Of a stretch of DNA of 64,000 nucleotides, positions 41,068 through 49,974 are shown piece by piece (position 1 is the stretch's first letter; each line of letters starts with the position of its first letter). The notes under the pieces were generated by a model. That model had not been told where the DNA came from and searched no databases. It worked only from the letters and a program-made list of their open reading frames with translations. The stretch is from contig JAACPR010000001.1 of NCBI GenBank assembly GCA_009995365.1, positions 30,680-94,679 on the forward strand, written 5' to 3'. Source of the DNA: Candidatus Parcubacteria bacterium. Its GTDB lineage: Bacteria > Patescibacteriota > Minisyncoccia > Phycocordibacterales > JAACPR01. The translations under genes and the position numbers were made by a program.

Positions 41068-42810
41068 ATGAATTCAGAAGAAATACGAAAAAAATTCTTA
41101 GACTATTTTAAGGAAAAAGAACACGCAATATTGCCCTCGGCTTCTCTTGTGACACCAGAGGAAAAAGGAGTTACTAATTCTACGCTTTTTAATACTGCGG
41201 GTGTTCAACCTTTGGTTCCTTATCTACTAGGTGAAGAACACCCCCAAGGAAACAGGCTCGCCAGCGTTCAAAAATGCATCAGGACGATCGATATTGATGA
41301 AGTTGGAGACAATACTCATCTGACTTTCTTTGAGATGTTGGGGAATTGGTCTCTAGGCGACTATTTCAAAGAAGAAGCTATAAAAATGAGCTTCGAATTT
41401 TTAACTAGTATTGAAAAAGGATTAGGGTTAGATCCAAACAGGCTTTACATAACAGTTTTTGAAGGTGATGAAAATGCACCAAAAGATGAAGAGAGTTTTA
41501 ATATTTGGAAACAATATGTTCCGGAAAATAGAATCTATTACATGAGCGCCGACTCTAACTGGTGGGAAGCGGGTGAAAATGGTCCATGTGGCCCTGATAC
41601 TGAAATGTTTTATGATGTTAGTGGTAATTTGGGCGACTTGGATAAAGAAGCTTTTATGAAAGCAGACGAAGAACAAAAAGTTGTTGAGGTCTGGAACAAC
41701 GTCTTCATGCAGTTCGAAAAGAAAGATGGGAAAATAATAGGTAAATTACCAAGATACGCAGTTGATACAGGAGCCGGACTCGAAAGACTTCTTACGGTAA
41801 AAAACAACAAAAAAAGCATCTACGAAACTGATCTATTTTCAGAAATATTAGAAAAAATTAGAAATACAGATAAAAACAGAATTATTGTTGATCATATTAG
41901 ATCAGCTGTGATGTTGATTTCTGATGGTATTATTCCTTCAAACACAGATCGTGGTTATATTTTGCGTCGAATTATTCGTAGAGCGGTTAAAAATGCCGAA
42001 GATATAAATATTTCAGAAGTAGCAAAATTTTTCATAAACAAAATGGGCAATGCTTATCCTGATGTTAAGGAAAAAGAACAAGAAATATTAAAAACTATTA
42101 ATACAGAAGAAGAAAAATTTAGAAAAAGCTTATCATCTGGACTAAAAGAGTTTAATAAGATTTCAGATAAAAATATTTCAGGAGAAGATGCTTTTAAATT
42201 ATTTTCTAGTTACGGATTTCCGATAGAATTAACAGTAGAGTTAGCAAGAGAAAAAAATATTGAAGTTGATGTGGATTCTTTTAATGAAGAGATGAAAAAA
42301 CATCAAGAAAAATCGCGAACAGCGGCTGAAGGAAAATTCAAAGGTGGCTTGGAAAATTATGGGGAAACGGAAACTAAATACCACACTGCAACTCATCTAC
42401 TTCATCAAGCGTTACGTGATGTGCTAGGAGAGCATGTTCAACAAAAAGGAAGTAATATAAACGCAGACAGGCTAAGATTTGATTTTTCACATGACCAGAA
42501 AATGACCGACGAAGAAAAACAAAAAGTCGAAGAAATTGTAAATGAAAAAATAAAAGAATCTATACCTGTAAATAAAGTTGAGATGGATTTTGATGAGGCA
42601 GAAAAAACAGGAGCTTTACATTTCTTTGGAGATAAATATGGAGACAGAGTTTCAGTTTATTATATTGGAGACTCTATAGAATCAGCTTATTCTAAAGAAT
42701 TTTGTGGCGGACCACATGTAAAGAATACTTCTGAATTAGGAGAGTTCAAAATTAAAAAAGAAGAAGCTAGTTCCGCCGGGGTAAGAAGAATCAAAGCTGT
42801 GTTAAAATAA
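41068..42810 (+). CDS. alaS: Alanine-tRNA ligase (no C-Ala domain)
   Basis: LFNTAG, QKCIR, HLTFFEMLGNWS, HTATHLL and EFCGGPH editing motifs; ends at GVRRIKA. Confidence 0.97.
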   Translation: MNSEEIRKKFLDYFKEKEHAILPSASLVTPEEKGVTNSTLFNTAGVQPLVPYLLGEEHPQGNRLASVQKCIRTIDIDEVGDNTHLTFFEMLGNWSLGDYFKEEAIKMSFEFLTSIEKGLGLDPNRLYITVFEGDENAPKDEESFNIWKQYVPENRIYYMSADSNWWEAGENGPCGPDTEMFYDVSGNLGDLDKEAFMKADEEQKVVEVWNNVFMQFEKKDGKIIGKLPRYAVDTGAGLERLLTVKNNKKSIYETDLFSEILEKIRNTDKNRIIVDHIRSAVMLISDGIIPSNTDRGYILRRIIRRAVKNAEDINISEVAKFFINKMGNAYPDVKEKEQEILKTINTEEEKFRKSLSSGLKEFNKISDKNISGEDAFKLFSSYGFPIELTVELAREKNIEVDVDSFNEEMKKHQEKSRTAAEGKFKGGLENYGETETKYHTATHLLHQALRDVLGEHVQQKGSNINADRLRFDFSHDQKMTDEEKQKVEEIVNEKIKESIPVNKVEMDFDEAEKTGALHFFGDKYGDRVSVYYIGDSIESAYSKEFCGGPHVKNTSELGEFKIKKEEASSAGVRRIKAVLK

Positions 42811-42815
42811 TAGCA

Positions 42816-43943
42816 ATGTTCAATAACAAAAAAGATACTTCAAAAACTTCAAAAAAAATCGATTTAATATTTGATATTAGAAATTCTAGCGCTGGTTTGG
42901 GAGTTGTTGAAATTACAAAAAATGAAAGGGTTATAATTTACACAAATAGAAGATATTCTAATCCTTCTGTAGTAAGAGATGTAAAAACTTTTGAAAAACA
43001 GATAGAAAAGATAACTGATGATTTAATCGAAGATTTCATTATTTTTAAAAAAAAGAACAACATTAGACAAATTCTTAATGTTAACTGTGTTTTCTCTGCT
43101 CCTTGGTATGAGGCAGATATTAATAACCTAACTTTTAAAGAAAATAAAAAAACTAAACTCACAGAAAAATATTTAGATCAAAAAATTGAAAAAGGTGATA
43201 TTAATGATGAACTAGAAAGTGTTGAAAACAATTTATTATCGGTTTCTTTGAATGGATATGAAACCGAAAATCCATTCGGGAAAACTTTTACGAGTATTGA
43301 GTTGAGTTTCTATAAAAGTTTTATAGATAAAGAAAACAAAATAAAACAAAAAATAGAAGATAAAATTAATCCCAATAAGCTAAATGTCCACACCCACCCG
43401 TTTGTAATTCTGAGTGTTTTGAGGGCAAATTTTCACAATGTAAATAATTTTTCTTTATTTGATATTGGTGGAGAAATGACAGAAATATCAATATTTAAAA
43501 ACTCAATATTAAAAGAACTAATAACTTTACCTACTGGTTTTAATTCAATAATTAGAAATATTTCCAAAACAACAAACGATGAGCAAATAACAATATCGAA
43601 AATAAAAATGTTAAATTTGAATCAAATAAATGATGACGAATTGTTAGAAAAAATAAACTCTAATATAGAAGCGTGGCTAGAGACAACCAAGAAAATATTA
43701 AATTCAAATGAAATTCAATTACCAAATGATTTTTTTATAGCCATAGATAAAGATTATAAAAAATTAATAAAAGATATATTAAGCAAAAAGGACTTTTATT
43801 CAATGATTTTAAATAAAAACAGGCAACCAAATATAAGAATACTAGACTCAATTGATCAAAAAAATCTAGCCGTATATGCAAAAAATGTTAACAGAGATCC
43901 TTTGATTTCAATTATTTATAATTTTTCAACAATTGAAATTTAA
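42816..43943 (+). CDS. FtsA/actin-like (ASKHA) fold protein, divergent
   Basis: LIFDIRNSSAG (degenerate phosphate-1) and LFDIGGEMTEI (phosphate-2). Confidence 0.65.
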   Translation: MFNNKKDTSKTSKKIDLIFDIRNSSAGLGVVEITKNERVIIYTNRRYSNPSVVRDVKTFEKQIEKITDDLIEDFIIFKKKNNIRQILNVNCVFSAPWYEADINNLTFKENKKTKLTEKYLDQKIEKGDINDELESVENNLLSVSLNGYETENPFGKTFTSIELSFYKSFIDKENKIKQKIEDKINPNKLNVHTHPFVILSVLRANFHNVNNFSLFDIGGEMTEISIFKNSILKELITLPTGFNSIIRNISKTTNDEQITISKIKMLNLNQINDDELLEKINSNIEAWLETTKKILNSNEIQLPNDFFIAIDKDYKKLIKDILSKKDFYSMILNKNRQPNIRILDSIDQKNLAVYAKNVNRDPLISIIYNFSTIEI

Positions 43944-43968
43944 AAAAATCTGTTATTATATATAAGAT

Positions 43969-45267
43969 ATGGATAAAAAAAATATACAAGACGTTGTTCC
44001 GCCAACACAAAGAAAATCAATTAGAAATATTCCTATACCAAATAGGAGTAACAAGAACGGAGAAATTAAAAGGAACACTCCACCAATACACAAAAAAGAA
44101 GAATTTGATTTTGAAGAAAGAAACACCAGACCTAGAAAAAACAATATTAAAAAATATTTTATATTAATAGGTTCGGTGGTTACTTTAATTTTATTATTTG
44201 TTGTATTTTCAAGCTTTACTAGTGCAACAATAAAAATAAAACCAAAAATAGAGTCATCCACATTTGACGAGAGAATGGTTATAGAAGATTTATCAACAAG
44301 AGAGAATAATGAATCATTAGGCTATAGAATAATTGAATTAGCTAAAGAATCAGAGAAAATAGTCGAGGCCCAAAACGAAGAACTTGTTCAAGAAAAAGCA
44401 TCAGGGGAAATAACTATTTTTAACGAATACTCAGAAAGCAACCAAACACTTATAACAAATACTAGATTTGAATCAGAAGATGGAAAAATATATAGAATCC
44501 AAGAATCTATTAGTGTTCCTGGATATACAGAATCAAATGGAGAAATAATACCTGGCCAAATAACAGCAACTGTATATGCAGACGAAGAAGGAGAAGAATA
44601 CAACTTAGAATCTGGAGATTTCACAATACCAGGCTTTAAAGGGCAAGAACCTTACGACTTTTTCTATGCAAAAACAGAGACAAGTATAAGCGGCGGATTT
44701 GATGGAGTCAGGAGAATAGTATCAGACGAAGATATAGAACTGGCAACCACAGAATTACAAGAAGACGTCAGAAATAAACTACTACAAGAATTAAACGAAC
44801 AAATAACAGAAGAATTCTATATTCATCAAGATGGAGATTCTTTTTCTTTTGATAATATAGAACAAGAACAAATAGAAAACAGTGAAAATGTTAAATTAAA
44901 ACTTAGAGGAAAAATATCAGCAAAAATATTTAACAAAGTGGATATATCAAATAAAATAGCAGATAATATATTTGCCAATTATTTCTCAAATGAAAATACT
45001 CTGATTGAAAATTTTGAAAATATTGAATTTTCAATTTCAGAAAATGATCTTTCTGAGATGTTAAACGCTTCAGGAAATTCTAATTTCATTTGGCAAGTTG
45101 ATGAAAACAAACTAAAAGAAGACTTGATAGGAATAGAAAAAAACCTTCTTTCTACTGTAATGCAAGACTATACTGAAATCCAAACAGCAGAAGCAGTAAT
45201 CAAACCATTCTGGGTTTCTAGCTTCCCACAAGAAAAGAAAAAGATAAAAGTTGAAATTGTTAGGTAA
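43969..45267 (+). CDS. Membrane-anchored baseplate-J-like domain protein
   Basis: Basic N-tail, single TM, then ASGEITIFN...TRF...GKIYR...TVYADEEGEEYN...ISGG. Confidence 0.6.
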   Translation: MDKKNIQDVVPPTQRKSIRNIPIPNRSNKNGEIKRNTPPIHKKEEFDFEERNTRPRKNNIKKYFILIGSVVTLILLFVVFSSFTSATIKIKPKIESSTFDERMVIEDLSTRENNESLGYRIIELAKESEKIVEAQNEELVQEKASGEITIFNEYSESNQTLITNTRFESEDGKIYRIQESISVPGYTESNGEIIPGQITATVYADEEGEEYNLESGDFTIPGFKGQEPYDFFYAKTETSISGGFDGVRRIVSDEDIELATTELQEDVRNKLLQELNEQITEEFYIHQDGDSFSFDNIEQEQIENSENVKLKLRGKISAKIFNKVDISNKIADNIFANYFSNENTLIENFENIEFSISENDLSEMLNASGNSNFIWQVDENKLKEDLIGIEKNLLSTVMQDYTEIQTAEAVIKPFWVSSFPQEKKKIKVEIVR

Positions 45268-45272
45268 TTTTA

Positions 45273-45300
45273 TTGACATAATGTTTTACTCTGATAGTAT
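45273..45300 (+). promoter_or_regulatory. infA/alpha operon promoter
   Basis: TTGACA-16 nt-TAGTAT with TG extension. Confidence 0.7.
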
Positions 45301-45316
45301 ATAAACTCGTAATTTA

Positions 45317-45538
45317 ATGAATAGTTCAAACAAACAAGAAGAACAAGTAGAAGGAGTTGTAACGGAAGCTCTACCCGAGGCCATGTTCAAAGTTTTGATT
45401 GATGGCGCGGAAGAAGAGGTCCTTGCATACTTGGCTGGAAAAATGAGGATGTATAGAATCCGCGTTTTGGTCGGAGACAGAGTTCTACTTAAAACAGACC
45501 CTTACGGAGGTAAGGCTATAATTTATAAAAGAATTTAA
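45317..45538 (+). CDS. infA: Translation initiation factor IF-1
   Basis: EGVVTEALP...AGKMR...IRVLVGDRV. Confidence 0.96.
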   Translation: MNSSNKQEEQVEGVVTEALPEAMFKVLIDGAEEEVLAYLAGKMRMYRIRVLVGDRVLLKTDPYGGKAIIYKRI

Positions 45539-45540
45539 AC

Positions 45541-45654
45541 ATGAAAGTAAAATCATCAGTAAAAAAGAAATGTCCAAATTGTAAAACTGTTCGCAGGAAG
45601 GGTAAGCTTTATGTTGTCTGCTCAAATCCTAGACATAAACAAAGACAAGGATAA
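45541..45654 (+). CDS. rpmJ: 50S ribosomal protein L36 (missing from ORF track)
   Basis: Manual translation [37 protein letters not shown]; Zn-binding form. Confidence 0.97.
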   Translation: MKVKSSVKKKCPNCKTVRRKGKLYVVCSNPRHKQRQG

Positions 45655-45700
45655 CTCGCTTTACTTTTTAAACTATATTTGATAAATTTTCACCCACTAT

Positions 45701-46081
45701 ATGAGATTATTAGGAATAACTTTACCAGACGAAAAAAGACTAGAGATTGCTCTAACGGTTGTTTATGGTATCGGAAGAAAAAAAGCAAAAGAAATTTTAG
45801 TCAATGCAAAAGTCGATCACGGTAAAAAAGCAAAAGACGTAACACAAGCAGAAGAAACTAAAATAAGAAACGAAGTTGAAAAATTAAAATTAGAAGGTGA
45901 CCTTAAAAGAGAAATATCTGGTAACATCAAAAGACTAAAAGATATCCAGGCATACAGAGGATCAAGACATGCAAAAAGACTACCTTCACGCGGACAAAGA
46001 TCAAAAACAAATTCCAGAACAGTCAGAGGTAATGTTAGAAAAACTATGGGATCTGGTAAGAGATCAGTTGAAAAGAAATAA
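45701..46081 (+). CDS. rpsM: 30S ribosomal protein S13
   Basis: YGIG, YRGSRH...RGQRSKTNSRT; operon order. Confidence 0.97.
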   Translation: MRLLGITLPDEKRLEIALTVVYGIGRKKAKEILVNAKVDHGKKAKDVTQAEETKIRNEVEKLKLEGDLKREISGNIKRLKDIQAYRGSRHAKRLPSRGQRSKTNSRTVRGNVRKTMGSGKRSVEKK

Positions 46082-46090
46082 TAATTAACT

Positions 46091-46519
46091 ATGGGAAAGA
46101 AACGTATTATAAAAAAAGGAGGTGACGACGTAGCAAAAAAAGCTTCATCATCAAAAAAAATCTCAAGAAAAAAACTTGAAAGTGGCATTTTATATGTTAG
46201 ATCAACATATAACAACACAACACTTGCACTTACTGACATGAAAGGAAACCTTGTAGCTTCATCATCTAGTGGATCTCTAGGTTTTAGAGGTGCCAAAAAA
46301 GGAACTCCATTTGCTGCTGCACAAGCCGCTGATGTTCTTGTTGAAAAAGCTGAACAAGCAGGACTTAAAAAAATTGATGTTATTGTAAAGGGTGTAGGTT
46401 CTGGTAGAGAATCTTCTATTAGAAGTTTTATTAATAAAGGTATAAATATCAACAAGATAACTGATATGACACCGGTGCCGCATAACGGCCCAACACCACG
46501 TAAACCAAGAAGAGTATAG
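46091..46519 (+). CDS. rpsK: 30S ribosomal protein S11
   Basis: STYNNT, TPFAA, KGVGSGRE, TPVPHNG. Confidence 0.97.
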   Translation: MGKKRIIKKGGDDVAKKASSSKKISRKKLESGILYVRSTYNNTTLALTDMKGNLVASSSSGSLGFRGAKKGTPFAAAQAADVLVEKAEQAGLKKIDVIVKGVGSGRESSIRSFINKGININKITDMTPVPHNGPTPRKPRRV

Positions 46520-46523
46520 TATT

Positions 46524-47132
46524 ATGAAAATAGGACCAAAATACAAAATTGCAAGAAGATTAGGTAGATCAGTTTTTGAAAAAACACAAACTGCTAAATT
46601 TGCTTTATCTGCAGAAAAAAGAAATGCTAACGTAGAAGGAATTAGATCTAGATCAAACTACGGATCACAATTATTAGAAAAACAAAAAGCTAGATTTACA
46701 TACGGAATTACAAATACACAACTAGGGAAATATGCTTATCAAGTAATTGATTCTAAAGTTAAAAATCCAGAAGAAATGTTATTTATTAATCTTGAAAAAA
46801 GACTAGACAACACAGTTCTAAGATCAGGATTTGCAACAACAAGAAGACAAGCAAGACAACTAGTTTCTCATGGTCACATAAAAGTTAACGGTGTTAAAAA
46901 CAAAATTCCATCATACTCTGTAAAAGAAGGTGATATCATTGAAGTCAAAGAAAGTAGCAGAGATAAATCAATTTTTGTTGATTTAGATGATAGAATAAAA
47001 GATCTAAACATCCCATCTTGGCTTAAAGTTGACCATAAAAATTTCAAAACAACAATAAACGGAAACCCAACTTACAACACCAAAGAAACTCATTTTAACC
47101 TAGGAGAAGTTCTTCAATTCTACAAACGTTAG
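46524..47132 (+). CDS. rpsD: 30S ribosomal protein S4
   Basis: LLEKQKARFTYG, LEKRLDN, ARQLVSHGH. Confidence 0.97.
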   Translation: MKIGPKYKIARRLGRSVFEKTQTAKFALSAEKRNANVEGIRSRSNYGSQLLEKQKARFTYGITNTQLGKYAYQVIDSKVKNPEEMLFINLEKRLDNTVLRSGFATTRRQARQLVSHGHIKVNGVKNKIPSYSVKEGDIIEVKESSRDKSIFVDLDDRIKDLNIPSWLKVDHKNFKTTINGNPTYNTKETHFNLGEVLQFYKR

Positions 47133-47143
47133 TAATAGCTATC

Positions 47144-47172
47144 TTGTCTAGGATTGAAAAAGTTGGTATAAT
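47144..47172 (+). promoter_or_regulatory. Internal promoter for rpoA
   Basis: TTGTCT-17 nt-TATAAT with TG extension. Confidence 0.65.
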
Positions 47173-47208
47173 TCAACAACATTTTATAAGTTTAACCAAA
47201 TAATAAAA

Positions 47209-48171
47209 ATGACAGACCATAATATTGCTTTGCCATCAAAGCCAAAAGTCGTAACGGAAGAAGGGTTCAAAGGTGTGTATGAAATCGACGGTTTATATCC
47301 TGGTTATGGTCACACTTTGGGCAATTCATTAAGAAGAATCATTCTGTCATCTTTACCTGGTGCTGCTATTGTGCAGTTAAAAGTTAAAGGTGTCGGCCAT
47401 GAATTCACAACAATAGAAGGAGTTAAAGAAGATGTTATATCTATAATTCTTTCTCTTAAAAAAATTAGATTATCTCTAGAAGGAGACGAAGAGCAAATTC
47501 TAAAGATAAAAGTTAAAGGACCTAAAACTGTTACAGCAAAAGATATTGAAGTTCCTAGTCAGGTAAAAATAATGAATCCTGATCAAGAACTTTTTACAAT
47601 TACTGATAAAAATAAAGAAGTTGAAATGGAATTACTTGTCCAAAAAGGGTTAGGTTACGTTCCAAAAGAAGTTATCCAAAAAGACAGAGTTGATGTTGGA
47701 ACAATTTCAATGGACGGTATTTTTACTCCAATCAGAAGAGTTAATTACGAATCTGAAAATATGCGTGTTGGCGACAGAACTGACTTCAACAGACTAAGGA
47801 TTTCTATTGAAACAGATGGAACTATAACTCCTAAAGAGGCACTAGAGAGATCAATTGAAATTATGATTACCCAAATCAAAGCTATTATAGGTTTTAAAGA
47901 AGAAATTGAAATAGAAGTGCCAGAAGTTGAAGAAGTTAAAAAAACAGTCAAAGAAAAAGATACCAAGGTAGAAGATTTTTTGAAAACTAGAGTCGAAGAT
48001 CTAAATCTATCTCCAAGAACAATTAATGCACTTGAAAATGCAAATATTAGAACTGTTGGTGGTCTAGCTAGAAAAAAAGAAGAGGGAATCTTGGATATTG
48101 AAGGCTTGGGAAACAAAGGCCTACAAGAAATCAAAAAATTATTAGGTGAACACGGTATAACCCTTGATTAA
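47209..48171 (+). CDS. rpoA: RNA polymerase alpha subunit
   Basis: GYGHTLGNSLRRIILSS, HEFTTIEGVKED, alpha-CTD LSPRTINAL. Confidence 0.98.
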   Translation: MTDHNIALPSKPKVVTEEGFKGVYEIDGLYPGYGHTLGNSLRRIILSSLPGAAIVQLKVKGVGHEFTTIEGVKEDVISIILSLKKIRLSLEGDEEQILKIKVKGPKTVTAKDIEVPSQVKIMNPDQELFTITDKNKEVEMELLVQKGLGYVPKEVIQKDRVDVGTISMDGIFTPIRRVNYESENMRVGDRTDFNRLRISIETDGTITPKEALERSIEIMITQIKAIIGFKEEIEIEVPEVEEVKKTVKEKDTKVEDFLKTRVEDLNLSPRTINALENANIRTVGGLARKKEEGILDIEGLGNKGLQEIKKLLGEHGITLD

Positions 48172-48175
48172 GGGC

Positions 48176-48204
48176 TTTACAAAAATGAATTAAACTGATA
48201 GTCT
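48176..48204 (+). promoter_or_regulatory. Internal promoter for rplQ (near-leaderless)
   Basis: TTTACA-17 nt-TAGTCT with TG extension, 8 nt before the ATG. Confidence 0.55.
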
Positions 48205-48212
48205 TATCAACC

Positions 48213-48563
48213 ATGAAACATCACGATAGAAACAGAAAATTAGGAAGAAACACAAACCAAAGAAGAGCTCTTTTAAAATCTCTTGCTTGTTCTCTTATCC
48301 GTGATGAGAAAATAAAAACAACAGAAGCAAAAGCAAAAGAGCTTAGAAAATTCATTGAAAAACTAGTCACAAAAGCTTCTAAAAATGACCAAGCAACATA
48401 TAGATTTATCTATAGTAAAATTGGTAATAAAACTCAAACAGAAAAACTTATAAAGGATGTTGCGCCAAAATACATCGAGAGAAATGGTGGCTACACAAGA
48501 ATTATTAAATTACCAATCAGAAAGAGTGATGCTAGCAAGATGGCACAAATAGAATTCGTATAA
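48213..48563 (+). CDS. rplQ: 50S ribosomal protein L17
   Basis: RKLGR, IKTTEAKAKE, RNGGYTRI. Confidence 0.97.
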   Translation: MKHHDRNRKLGRNTNQRRALLKSLACSLIRDEKIKTTEAKAKELRKFIEKLVTKASKNDQATYRFIYSKIGNKTQTEKLIKDVAPKYIERNGGYTRIIKLPIRKSDASKMAQIEFV

Positions 48564-48567
48564 AATT

Positions 48568-48909
48568 ATGAAAATCATAGACGCACAAAACAAACCGATC
48601 GGCAGAGTTGCAACAGAAGCAGCAATGGCTTTGATGGGTAAAGACAAAGTTGAATACCAACCAAACAATCAACCAACTACTAAAGTTCAAATCGAGAACG
48701 CTTCAAAAGCAAAAATTTCTCAGAAAAAATTAAAGGAAAAAATATACACAAGATATACAGGATACCCAGGAGGTCTTAGAGAAAGAACCCTAGAAGAACT
48801 AATCGAGAAAAAAGGTTACGGAGAAGTGTTCAAAAAAGCTGTTTACGGGATGCTTCCTGATAACAAACTTAGAAAAATAATGATGAATAACCTAGAAGTT
48901 ACAGAATAA
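48568..48909 (+). CDS. rplM: 50S ribosomal protein L13 (short)
   Basis: IDA...GRVA, YTGYPGGL, AVYGMLP. Confidence 0.95.
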   Translation: MKIIDAQNKPIGRVATEAAMALMGKDKVEYQPNNQPTTKVQIENASKAKISQKKLKEKIYTRYTGYPGGLRERTLEELIEKKGYGEVFKKAVYGMLPDNKLRKIMMNNLEVTE

Positions 48910-48910
48910 T

Positions 48911-49321
48911 ATGGCTACAAAAACAGAACAAAAATATATCGAAGGAATCGGAAGGAGAAAAGAAGCAGTTTCAAGAGTTAGAATTACACCTTCTAAAAAA
49001 TTCGAAGTTAAAATTAATGATAAAAGTCTAGTAGACTATTTTGACACTAAAGAATTACAAAAAATTGTAGTTGCTTCTTTTGAAGATATAGAAGGTATTA
49101 ACGAAAAATTCTCTGTTTCTGTTCACGTAAAAGGTGGCGGTATTAAATCACAAGCAGAAAGTATTAGACTTGGTTCTGCAAGAGCGCTAGTTAAATTTAA
49201 TGAAGAACTAAGAAAAGATCTAAAAAAATTAGGTTACCTAAAAAGAGATCCTAGAGTAAAAGAAAGAAAGAAATTCGGTTTGAAAAAAGCCAGAAAATCT
49301 GCACAATGGTCAAAACGTTAA
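48911..49321 (+). CDS. rpsI: 30S ribosomal protein S9
   Basis: GRRKEA, RDPRVKERKKFGLKKARK, C-terminal SKR. Confidence 0.97.
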   Translation: MATKTEQKYIEGIGRRKEAVSRVRITPSKKFEVKINDKSLVDYFDTKELQKIVVASFEDIEGINEKFSVSVHVKGGGIKSQAESIRLGSARALVKFNEELRKDLKKLGYLKRDPRVKERKKFGLKKARKSAQWSKR

Positions 49322-49382
49322 AATTACGTTTACACTCCTTTATATTACATTTTATAAATTTAATAATTAATTTTTCATTGCT

Positions 49383-49949
49383 ATGCCAAAGGAAAATCAA
49401 GAAAAGACAAACGAAGAAATTGTCTACGATGAATCAGACACTTCTGAAGGTGCTAATTTTGATTTGAGTTCAAAACTTAAAAAAGTAAAAAAAGATCTGA
49501 AAAAATGCCAAGAGGAGAAACAGGAATACTTAAATGGTTGGCAAAGATCAAAAGCTGACTTTATAAACTTTAAAAAAAGATCTGAAGAATCAAAAAAAGA
49601 TATAGCAAAATATGCTAGTGAAAACATAATCCTAGAAATTATCCCAATTATTGATAATTTTGAACAAGCCTTTAAAAATAAACAAGTGTGGGAAAGCGTT
49701 GATGAAAATTGGCGAAAAGGAATCGAAATGATTCATGCCCAGCTAGTTAATGTCCTCAAGAGAAATGGCGTCACAGAAATTGAATCCCTCGGGAAAGAAT
49801 TCGACCCCAAGATTCATGAATCTGTAGAGATAGTAAAAGTTGATGATAAAAAAGATAATGATAAAATCATTGAAGTATTACAGAAGGGTTACAAAATAGA
49901 TGGCAAGGTAATTCGTCACCCTAATGTTAAAGTCGGGAAATTTGAGTAA
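49383..49949 (+). CDS. grpE: Nucleotide exchange factor GrpE
   Basis: ADFINFKKR, FDPKIHE, QKGY...VIR. Confidence 0.96.
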   Translation: MPKENQEKTNEEIVYDESDTSEGANFDLSSKLKKVKKDLKKCQEEKQEYLNGWQRSKADFINFKKRSEESKKDIAKYASENIILEIIPIIDNFEQAFKNKQVWESVDENWRKGIEMIHAQLVNVLKRNGVTEIESLGKEFDPKIHESVEIVKVDDKKDNDKIIEVLQKGYKIDGKVIRHPNVKVGKFE

Positions 49950-49974
49950 TTTATTAACTTAACTAAAAAATATT

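Noticed and set aside
43969-45267. Prophage or contractile injection system
   Set aside because: Only one baseplate-like domain, membrane-anchored, with no other structural genes.
45817-46455. 212-aa antisense ORF over rpsM/rpsK, and similar short ORFs inside rpoBC, uvrA, dnaK, rpoA and others
   Set aside because: Shadow frames of well-supported genes with no motifs of their own.
49313-49331. AAACGT...ACGTTT hairpin at the rpsI end
   Set aside because: Weak AT-rich stem without a proper U-tract; not a CIRCE element.
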